A DNA stretch of 64,000 nucleotides from Bugula neritina. Its lineage: Eukaryota; Animalia; Bryozoa. Positions within the stretch are counted from its first letter, which is position 1. The number at the start of each line of letters is the position of its first letter. The notes beneath the pieces are model-generated. The model worked only from the letters and a program-made list of their open reading frames with translations, was not told where the DNA came from and made no database searches. The stretch spans positions 12,368,633 through 12,432,632 of the forward strand of contig OZ037769.1 in the NCBI GenBank assembly GCA_964035545.1, given 5' to 3'. Made by a program: the position numbers and the translations under genes. Of the stretch, positions 1 through 10,186 are shown piece by piece.

Positions 1-576
1 TCAATGAGTACTGTTGATGCTGTTGATGTGTGGCTACAATAAAAACCATGGCGATGACTTACTAGCATTGTGTCCATGCTTTTAGTTAGATGCGAGAAAG
101 GGGTTTTACATTTTGTTAATTGTTCGAGGCCGGTTCATGTGCAGCGAGATGCTGCATAAAAGATTTGGAACATGGCTAACAATTTGACCTGATCAGCATC
201 ATGTAATGCGTGATGCTGGTTTTAACACAAATTTAGTAATGTCTAACTTTTGACTCAGTGAAAGTGTCAAAAACCTGGGCAACAAATACAATATAGATGC
301 TGTTAAATTGATTAGTTAGTCAAGTTAAGCCAAGTCAAACTCAATCATGACTATTTGATTCCACAGAATGCCCGAATCTCGTAATACTTATTATGAAAAA
401 ACAACTCATTGATATATAATGGTTAATGGTTTACGTTACTTGGTAGACTTACCATATATTCGTTTAACACGAAATATTTGCCAAAAGTTTCATAGATCTT
501 GGCATAGGAGCTGTGTTAATATTATTTTTTATTTTTCAATTTCATGTTTTAGAATTTTTCAACAGTAGTGATTGAG

Positions 577-3328
577 ATGGGTGGGCACCGAAATTTGGAA
601 TATGCATTTTGGGCAAACGAACAATCTTTCGGCAGTGCAGTTTGTGAGTATAAATATATTTTGGCTCTTCTAATTGAATGTGTGTTATACAGCTACCTAT
701 TGTAGTTTAAATTTTTTATTTATATTACTTTAACAACATTTGTTTTTAGTGATAACTTTGCCATTGAACCATTCAACCATTCAACCATTCATATTTGTGG
801 CAATTGTCACAGTGATGTAAAGCATAGTCAGTAAAACAGCTGTAGAATCATGTTGTTGAATTGTCTTTGTGTCTCTTTGGATTGTTTTCTTATGCTTGCA
901 TATGCTTGCTTTCATACAATTCACAAGTCTGCAAACCCAATGCAACTAATTTTACCAATTAAACAGGGAGACATATTACTGTCCATGACTTTGTATAATT
1001 ATTCGTTTGTTATATTCAGCATAAAATGAAGGAAAAATACACAATTGAAGCAGAAAAGTGTTGTAATAGCACTGCTGCTAGCCATAGTTGGTTGTCAGAT
1101 GGTAGTAACATCTGTTGTAACAGTGTAGTGTAGTTTCAACAGTTCTAGAGTCGTATTTCATTTCATCAATGTAGATTAGTCATTAAGTTGCTCCTCACCA
1201 GACTCCTCCTTCACAGCAAGACTTGAATTTGGCAGTTGATTCCATATCAACAGACAAATTGTTGAAAAGCAATAAGTTATCACTGGAAAAAATGTGGTTA
1301 TTTAAATTTCATCATAATTCTTGTTTTACTTCCAACTAATATAAAATTGTTGTTAGTGGTTCTTTTGTGATGATGGTAGTATTATATTATGTAATGGCCA
1401 GCATTTATTCATTACAATCATGTAATAAACTAGTGAAAGTTAAGTTGTGAGCTTCGTATTAATTGTTGTGAAAGATAGGAACAAGATAATCTAGGTTAGA
1501 GTGAATAACTACTGAAGTTACAATACAATATTTGACAACTGAATGCCAAATAGTGAATTCATAGTTTAAGGAATCTGCATTGTCATTTATTATATAGCAT
1601 ATCAAATTACAAAACCACCTTATGTGATCTATTTAACATGTTTCAGTTCGCCTCCATTGCTAAGTTAATACACATAACACTGGCCTGTGTGAGTCACTAT
1701 TGATGAACCAGCAGGCCGGTTTCATTACTGTTCTAAGTTTAATCATTCTGTTGACTCATCCCTGCCAGCAGTCGTGGTCTAGGGGTTAGAGCACTGGCTT
1801 AGTAAACACAAGGTCAGGAGTTTGGAACCCAGTAAAAGCCATCAATTGGTGATGTTAGGAAGAGCATCCAATCAAAATTGCTTCTTTTCCACAATAGAAA
1901 ACATGTCCTTTAAAAAGCCCTTTATCAGGGGTTCTCACAAGAGTAGCAACTAGAAAACCCCCATGAATCTTATTTAGTCATTCCCGTCAGGCTGCCTGTC
2001 GTATATTATGGTGATTCAAGATGTTGTACCAAAGCAAGGACTCTACATCACCTGCTGGCACTTGCTAGCAAAATATATAAAATTGCAATAATATTTGAAT
2101 ATATATTATCCATGTTCACACCAATCTCTCTCTTTTTAGTGCTGTTTCTGGGTGGACTAATTGGAACTGTCCCATATCACAATTTCGATGGGAAGGTAAC
2201 ATTCTACAACTACATGTGGGCTGGTATTTACTCGATGGCAGTAGGGTTACTTATCATGATTATTGAGTATCCCAGAGGCAGAAGAATGAAGGGTTCCGTT
2301 ATGGAGCGCAGGTAGGTTTGCTGTGACCTCCATCTTAGTAGTTTTAGAACTTATTTACTTGCTGATTACAATGCTCACTCCATACCTCACAGTACCAGTT
2401 TTCACGGAATTCTATAGGTCATGAGAAAGGCTTGGACCCTCGTTTTGTGGCTTATGTATGTGTGTATAGAGACAAAATGGCTGAATTTATCGAATCCATG
2501 AGTTATACCTGGTATTCTAATACGTCACTAAGGGGGGTTTTCGACCCGTAGCTTAGTGAGACACGGATGGAGCATTGTAATTGAAGTGGAACTTCATAAT
2601 TGAGTTCCATAATTCTGTACCTTTTCTGCTTGCAGGTTTCAGCAACCCCTTGCTAAGTTTGTTAGTGCTCTGGGCCCTCTCACGAGGAATTACTACTCCA
2701 GGTTTATATTCTACTTTATTGCTGGAATACCTAGTTGTACTCTCATCACCACATTTCTTGGGGGTGAGTTGGTTACCTGCCCCACCCTCGCATAGAGCAC
2801 ACCGAGTCCTAGAACTTACACTATTTTATGTTCATTTCACACCAAACTTCTACTCTGTCTAAAATTAACATTATGTTTTGAGGATTTAATTTAACTAGCT
2901 ATTAGTTCTTGCAGCTTTTAATTAGTAAGTTATGATACACTTAAGGTAACTAAGAATAGCCAAAAACACATTTTTTAGATGATTTTGATCTTGAAGCATA
3001 AATCCAGAAAGTTCTGCACAACTATTTGCCATTTTTGTTTATTTATAAATTCTTTGCTGACAAAGTAAGGTTTTATTTTCACTTATGTCACATAATGACT
3101 ACATTTTAATATTTCTGTATTTCTTCCTATGCTGCAGGAATGGGACTAGTTGTGGGGAGTCTCATATATCTTGTGTCAGCCATCAAGGGAGAAGAATGGC
3201 GCTCCCCTACTACAGACGCAAAACCTAAGGCTACACAGGGTGCCAGTAACGTGAAATACCTGAGTGATGCACCAAAAAACCCTCCCCCACGACGTCCAGT
3301 TGATGCAGCCGCTAACAATCAGATATAA
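577..3328 (+). CDS. CYBA: Cytochrome b-245 light chain (p22phox), 4 coding exons, ~185 aa
   Basis: Exons 577-643, 2140-2311, 2636-2763, 3138-3328 join in phase via GT-AG introns. Translation contains EYAFWANEQ, IEYPRGRRMKGSVMER, LGPLTRNYYSR, AIKGEEW and the C-terminal PKNPPPRRP. These match recalled p22phox motifs (WAMWANEQ, LEYPRGKR, GPFTRNYY, VRGEQW, PSNPPPRPP). Confidence 0.95.
1767..1953 (+). mobile_element. tRNA-derived SINE, family A, copy 1 (CYBA intron 1)
   Basis: A-box-like GTGGTCTAGGGGTTAG, degenerate B box, central GGTGATGTTAGGAAGAGCATCCAATC and tail ATCAGGGGTTCTCACA. Aligns by eye with copies at 6922, 22600, 31942 and 49108. Confidence 0.8.
2369..2577 (+). mobile_element. MITE family B, copy 1 (TA-flanked, Tc1/mariner-type non-autonomous)
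   Basis: Terminal inverted repeats CAATGCTCACTCCATACCTCAC / GTGAGACACGGATGGAGCATTG with TA on both sides. Internal sequence shared with five other copies in the window. Confidence 0.85.
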
Positions 3329-3652
3329 CCTTTTTCTACTGTAAACTCAACTTCTTTACTTTTTCAGCAAAATACTCAATTTATTAGCATTCCTAGTTTT
3401 TAACTTCCATAATTTTTCCTTTCAATATATTTTATACCTAGTTTTTTTAGTTGTGAAGTCTATTTGGCATAAATATTTTCTGTTAAATTTTTATGACAAA
3501 TTTTTACCTTTTATTTTTCTTCATTTGCCTAACTCTTTAATACAATATAGTTTGATAATAATTTACCAGGACTAATCTGCAGCAGTTTTATCACGACTGT
3601 TTTCATATATCACAATAATACTGACAAGTGACATCCTAATTTCTAGTGTAGA

Positions 3653-3658
3653 AATAAA
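3653..3658 (+). terminator. Putative CYBA polyadenylation signal
   Basis: AATAAA about 325 nt after the CYBA stop and before the next gene's ATG. Confidence 0.4.
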
Positions 3659-3921
3659 TGAATTCACAGAACCACCTTTAAAAACGAGCTTGAACAATTG
3701 AAAACTAATATCACTGAAGTTGTCTTTTTTAAAACTGACCTACAATGCACTCGCTAGAATAACCAGCAACTATTACAAATGTTCTAACGTTTCAAGTTAC
3801 TACTCTTGACCTATAAATATTTTGTCGGGTTCACAAGCTAAGGTGAAAGCTGCAAGCTCGTGTGTAAAAGAAAAACATTAATTTAATTCTTGTTTTGCAA
3901 AAGTTGCCACAAGACGTAGAA

Positions 3922-6900
3922 ATGGCAAATATTACTGTAGACGATAAGACAAAGGTTGGATTTATTGCGTCTGGAAAAATGGCACAAGCAATGGCTAAAG
4001 GGTTCATCTCGTCAGGTATCTTACTCTTAGTCTGGGCCTCAGGCTCATATTGATATTCATATTCATATTGATTTCATAATATTAATTCATTATGATTATC
4101 ATTATGATTATGAGTTAGTGTTACAGCAATACTCATACTGGTAGTACTGCTAGTACTAGTATCAGTATACTCAACCCCTAGGACTATTTAATTACCACAA
4201 TGCTAGTGATATACTTTTGCCCCCACTGGGATTCGAACCACAGACCTCTGTCTTGCAAGCAGGTGGGCTAATCAATTACACCACAGGCGCCATTGGGTAA
4301 ACTCAACACTACAATTCCACCATTTGGTTTTGTGTTGAACTAAATGCAAAAGTAAATGCTTTATTTTCAATTTCTGTTAGCCATACTTATAATTATTAAT
4401 AATTGCTTTTATTTACTATTTTTAATTTATTTTCTTGACTGTTTTGAAAATACTCAATTGGTATGGTAAATGCTTTAAATTATTTATTTAATCAATTACA
4501 TTTACTGCTGTTGCTATTAGTATTATGTCATATCTGACAGTGACTGTCGTGTTTCTATCAATTTTGTAAAACTTGTTAACGATTTTGTCTGTTTCATTAT
4601 ACATATTTTAAACTAGCTCTTCAAATAGTCCTATAGCTTTTCAGCCACTTACTTGGTTATTAGTCGTTTCTAACACATGAGCTAATGTGAGTAGCAGTGT
4701 AATTTTATTAGTAAAAATTAACTTTAAAAATATCATTATTTGGTTCTTTGTAGATAATTAAATCAACATATATTGAGATTTCTTAGACAAATCTTGAGTT
4801 ATATGTAACTTAAACTATACTTCTACATTTTTTTGGTTTGAATCAATAATTTATGTGTTTAGGAATGTTGAAGCCAAGTCAACTTACTATGAGTGATCCG
4901 CGCAAAAACCAATATCACATATTAGAGGTATGCATTCACTAAGCTGTACAAAGCTTAAATATTTTTGTCTCTACTTATAATTATTTAGTTACGTCTACTA
5001 GAAATTCTTGGCAAGTTTAAGAAAGCGTTACCAACTGCATAAGTGTTGTTTACTTTAAGACACGTTTAACAGTCTATACTCTATGTCATGAGGAGAGCTA
5101 AAAGGAGCAACCAGTTGGTCTATGCTGTAGTGTTTGGTTAGATTTTACTTGCTGCTTTGCTTATACTTTATACATGTGTCAACTGTATAATTTGTGATGC
5201 ATGTGGAGTCATAGTTGCAAGTGTTGTGTGTGTATGTAAGCAAATATATGTTTATAATAAATTTATTTGGGTTGATGCTAGTGTTTTACTCCTTTTACCT
5301 CTCACTATTGTACAGTAAGTCATGTGATTTTATTGGCAGGAAATGGGAGTTGTCAAAACACAGTCTAACGTCACAGTAGTTCAAGAGAGCACTATAGTGT
5401 TTGTGGCAGTGAAGCCTCATTTTGTCCGGATGGTGCTGAAGGAGGTGTGTCAACACATTACTAAGAAGCATTTGATTGTCTCTATAGCAGCAGGAGTCTC
5501 TCTGGAGGGTCTCGAGGAGGTATCTATGACCTCGTAATGTTTTAGTCGGGATCCATGATATTTCTAAGCAAATTAAAAATATCCCTAACACACCCTCGTA
5601 GCAGGGTATGCAACGTGTATATATAACATGTGTTTATTATTAGGACCCATTTGTTTTCCATAATTTACTGTTTAGGTTATAAAACTTGATAAATTGGAAG
5701 ATATTGCTGGAATAACAATTGTTTGAAGTTTTGTTTACATAGAGTTTAGAGTTTAGACCCTAGTATAGAGGTAAATTTAATCATGATGTTAATGTCTGTT
5801 TTGTAGGAATGCCCTCTTGGCACACATGTAATAAAAGTTATGCCCAACACTCCTTGTCTAGTCCAGTGCGGGCTGGCTGTGTATTCGTTAGGTACACATG
5901 CTACCAAAGAAGATGGAGATCTGGTTAAATCTTTACTCTCATCCCTCGGTATGGTAGAAGAGATACCAGATAGACTGATGGCTCCGGCATCAGCCGTCGG
6001 TGGATGTGGCCCCGCCTACGTAAGCTAAGTCTAGCCCCGCCTATGTAAGCTAAGTCTAGCCCCGCCTACGTAAGCTAAGTCTAGCCCCGCCTACGTAAGC
6101 TAAGTCTAGCCCCGCCTACGTAAGCTAAGTCTAGCCCCGCCTATGTAAGCTAAGTCTAGCCCCGCCTATGTAAGCTAACTCTAGCCTCGCCTATGTAAGC
6201 TAACTTTAGCCCCGCCTATGTAAACTAACTCTAGCCCCGCCTACGTAAGCTAAGTCTAGCCCCGCCTACGTAAGCTAAGTTTAGCCCTGTCTATGTAAGA
6301 TAAGTCTAGCCCCGCCTATGTAAGCTAAATCTAGCTAGTTGAATTTTACTAAAATTAACATTCAAAGTTATTGTATGTATGTGTGAGGTGTTACTCTACA
6401 TATAGCAAAAGTGGTCAGAGGGCTGTTACTGTAGAGTGGCTTCATTGTCAACTACTTGGTGATTCCATATTATATGAGTCAGTATTCTTTGGTAGATGTA
6501 TACGGCCATTGATGCCCTTGCTGATGGTGGAGTGAAAATGGGTCTCCCGAGAGAGTTGTCAAAGAAGCTTGCTGCCCAGATGATGATGGTGAGAGCTAGT
6601 TTTAGCGTATTGTAGTAGGCCTGTAGTTGAGCTGCTCTTTGTTTTTAGGTTTTCAGTTTAAAAGTGTTTTGGTATCTGTTATTCTATTCTCTAACAATAA
6701 GTAGTCATTCTGCATTGAGAGTGAAAGCATCTGATTTCCCATCTCTGCTATAAAAAGGCTGTCAGTTGAGATTTTTAAGGGTTGCCTCCACTTGGCACAT
6801 ATCTTATACATGTCTTATATATAAAATATATATTAATATATAGTTATAAATATATTGCTATGCCTTCTACTGTAAACTGCTACCAACTACAGCTTTTCAA

Positions 6901-7485
6901 AGATTTATGATGGAATAATAGAAGCAACCGTAGTCTAGGGGTTAGAGCGTTTGCTTAGTGAACATAAAGTCATGGGTTCGAACCCCGACAAAGGCCATTG
7001 GTGATGTTTAGAAAGAGCATTCAGTCATAATTGCTCCTGTGCCTCATTTAAAAAAGTCTTTAGCCGGTTTTAACAAAAAACCCTTCCATCAGGGTTTCTC
7101 ACAGGGATAGCGACTATCAACTTGCGTGAGTGAGTAAAAGCTCATTCCACAATACTAGGTGATGTAGGAGTTATAAAGGCCAGCTCCTACCTCTAGTAAA
7201 AATTGTATCATAATATAACTTATTCACATTATATCTATTCATTCTGTCAAGTTATGTATGCTGCAGGGTGCTGCCAAGATGGTTTTAGAAACTGGCGAGC
7301 ATCCAGGGCAGCTGAAAGATAACGTTACGTCACCAGGGGGGACGACTATAGCTGCCATAGCTGAACTAGACAGACTGGGTTTCAGGTCTTCCCTTATTCA
7401 TGCTGTTGTTGCTGCAAGTAATAGATATAATGAGCTGGGAGAGATTGATGCTAAGGCAGCAGCTGAAGCCAAAGCTAACAAATAA
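3922..7485 (+). CDS. PYCR: Pyrroline-5-carboxylate reductase (PYCR/ProC family), 6 coding exons, ~287 aa
   Basis: Exons 3922-4015, 4863-4927, 5340-5519, 5807-6019, 6496-6588, 7267-7485 are in phase. Motifs: [71 protein letters not shown]. The paralog (PYCR1/2 or PYCR3) is not resolved. Confidence 0.95.
4218..4313 (-). mobile_element. tRNA-like repeat (Pol III A/B boxes) in PYCR intron 1; SINE-like rather than a functional tRNA
   Basis: Minus strand reads GGCGCCTGTGGTGTAATTGATTAGC...GGTTCGAATCCC. Acceptor and anticodon stems are mismatched. A degenerate second copy sits at ~63602-63690. Confidence 0.6.
6010..6334 (+). repeat. 25-bp minisatellite, 13 copies, containing the PYCR exon 4 splice donor
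   Basis: Unit CCCCGCCTA(C/T)GTAAGCTAAGTCTAG. The first unit straddles the exon 4 / intron 4 junction at 6019/6020. Confidence 0.95.
6922..7117 (+). mobile_element. tRNA-derived SINE family A, copy 2
   Basis: GTAGTCTAGGGGTTAGAGCG (A box), GGTTCGAACCCC (B box), central GGTGATGTTTAGAAAGAGCATTCAGTC, tail CATCAGGGTTTCTCACAGGG. Confidence 0.85.
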
Positions 7486-8449
7486 ATTGAATTTAGTATT
7501 CAACGGAGTTGTCTTTTCAAAAGTTAGTTCAAATTAGGAATAAAAGTAGACCTTGTTATTGAACTGAATTTGTCTGTTTCTGCATAAAAGCTGGTTTTGT
7601 GCAAAGTTGGCATTTATGTGTTTGATATAAGAAACTAGTTATTTTTGGGCAAATAAGTTTGGTGATCAGTTGAAATAGTATGGTCTTAGCGCAGAATACA
7701 CATTCTATTATATTGCAATGTTATCTTTTGTAAAGCTTTTTCATCTTCTTACTAAGAAAAAGCAAATAAATTTTTTATTTTGTAATTTGCTGAATTTCAT
7801 ACTTTTTTTGTTTAACAACTACTAAATTATATGCATTGGTAATAATATTATATGCAGATTATCTAAAGTACAAGCTATAATTCCTGATCACATACAAGTA
7901 AAAATAACAAAACAAAAATAGAGGCTCAACCTATACATTAAAACTGGTACTAAACATTTAAGCTCACCAGTTTTTAGAGGCAATCCTTTTAAGAAAAAGT
8001 TAGTATCAGATTTTATTGCATGACTTCCACTCAATAACTTGAACTTGGTTTTTACATTTAAAATGAAGTGATTATTCTATGTGTTCACATTTAATAGTGA
8101 TGTATCAAAAAGTGCTTTATGCTGAGTGTAAATTGCTTGACGATTTTAGAAATATAAAATATTAAAGCCATGCTTTCACTTTTATCCTGTAGCATATTGT
8201 AAGAAGGTGAGCTCTTTAGCTATACTTGCAGCGTGCACATAGCATTAGCAGGAATTGCCTTCTCTTGTTTTAAATATCCTCGCTAAATTTTTACCTGTTT
8301 TTAATCAATAATTTTATTAATTTGTTCCTAATTTTTGTGTAAATATTCTAAAATATATCAATAATTGCAACTTACAATGTCAGATCCTTTAAAAATAGTT
8401 ATTACTTTGTAAATGAGCATTTATACTATTTTGGAGTTGGCTAATCTAT

Positions 8450-8636
8450 TAAAAATCTCGCGCATTGACGCTAATTTTTACTCAAAACTCAAAGCGGTTT
8501 ATTTTCCCAATCAATTCATCAATGGCGCGCCCAGGGCCAGTCCTGTAAAATGTAATTTTGATGGATCAAATTATTATAACATATTTCGACTGGCTCAATT
8601 TCATAGCACACAATCTTTGAAAAAATTTGGTTATAG
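8450..8636 (+). promoter_or_regulatory. Putative RAD21 promoter and non-coding first exon
   Basis: Local CpG patch (TCTCGCGC, TTTTCCCAAT, ATGGCGCGC) followed by a consensus donor AG/GTAAGT at 8636/8637. The next acceptor TTTGCAG (10167) lies 20 nt before the RAD21 ATG. Confidence 0.55.
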
Positions 8637-10186
8637 GTAAGTATTACTATTGGTAATAAATATCTCAAAACGCTCCTTAAATTATGATATTAATATTAAT
8701 TGTGATATCAAAATGAAATTGAAAATCAAAATGAAAAACATTAACAATTACAATCACAAAGTTAATTAACATCAATTTTAAATAATTCTAATAAAATTAA
8801 AAATAAATGATGATATTAAGATTTAGTTCTTAAATTTAAAATATTGAATTATTATCAACTTCAAGTATCAATATCAGAATATTGAATATGAATATCAGTT
8901 AATGTTAATGTTATCACTATTGACTATTCCGTCTATTCGTATTCGGTTTGAAAATGATTATCACTGTCACTATTGATATTACTTTTACTTTTAGTAACAG
9001 GGTCCAGTATAACTAATATTAATTCATTAAGTATTACACTTTTAGTATTGCTAGTAGTAATAGTATTAGTTAGTGTTACTGTTAGTATTACTATTAGTAT
9101 TACACTTAGTCTTGCAGTATTACTCTATTAGTATTAGTCTCACAATGAATTACTGTAAGTATTACTATTAGACGTATACTGTAGAGTTACTGTTAATACT
9201 GAAATACTCTAATAGTAGAAGTAATACTGGTACTAATAGTAATAGTATTACTCTTTCAGTCTTCGTATTAATTAGCCATTGGACTTGGTAAATGAAAAAA
9301 ATGTTTCTAATAAATATAGCTGCGAGAAAGTAGGAGTTGTCATCAAATTAAGTTACAGCAAATGTAAAAATTACTTCAATATCCAAGTGGGTTACAATTT
9401 TTTAGTAATGGCTTTATTTGTAATCTGTCTGGCTCTTGATACTAAACTGAATTTGTTTCAATTTCTCCGATGTATTGGATTGCCTAACTTTTCTCAAAAC
9501 TTCGTTACCAAAAATAAATTGGAAGTAGGGTATACACATTAACTAATTAGGAAAAAAGCATAAAAGAGTGCATGAACAAAAGATGTATTAAATAAGAAGT
9601 AAAGGAATAAAAGTGCTATACACAAGACATATATTTTGTTTTTTTTCACAAAGCATGTTGGTGGCTAATTAGCCCTCTTCGAGAAAAGCAAATGCAACCC
9701 CATTCAACACAAGGATGTGTTGAGTCTGCGTTGGTCGAATAAGCAGAATTTAGTTTCTGGTTTTTAATGTTAGTAACATGTGGATATAGTAAAATGTTTA
9801 TTCTCTATTAAGTATTTCATGCTGTTAGATTATTAGTACTCAACAAATGCCCTGACTATATGTAATGTTGAATTGCAAACACTGGTGAGTTCGAAGCACT
9901 AGAATAATACTATTCTGCCAGTGACTTGGCAAATGTGTTTCCACCTATATACATGCAGGCTGTTGAAACCAATTATTGGTAGGATAACTCTTAAATTGTT
10001 GTTGGGTCAATGGCCTTCATGAACAAGCCTTCTATACTGCCTAATAAGTAATAAGTTGGAAGCACATCACTGATAATACGTTTTGAGAAGTAGAGAAGTT
10101 TTCTCTACGTGAGAGTTACAGTTTCATATTTGATGAAGTTTTGTAATATTGCCAAATTCATTTGCAGGTGAACAGAATTTGTCATC

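Noticed and set aside
134-138. Single in-frame TGA in a minus-strand frame as a selenocysteine codon
   Set aside because: No recognisable selenoprotein motif, no SECIS visible, and the exon itself is unproven.
644-800. Hexamer-periodic tract after CYBA coding exon 1
   Set aside because: Not present; there is only a short 8-bp CCATTCAA repeat. Recorded as a counter-example to the TSS-signature idea, along with the GPCR, where no clear tract was found.
4218-4291. Functional tRNA gene
   Set aside because: Acceptor and anticodon stems do not pair properly and a degenerate copy exists elsewhere, so it is treated as a repeat.
6010-6334. CRISPR-like appearance of the 25-bp array (also 29422-29678 and 41098-41280)
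   Set aside because: The units are head-to-tail with no unique spacers, there are no cas genes, and the context is eukaryotic.
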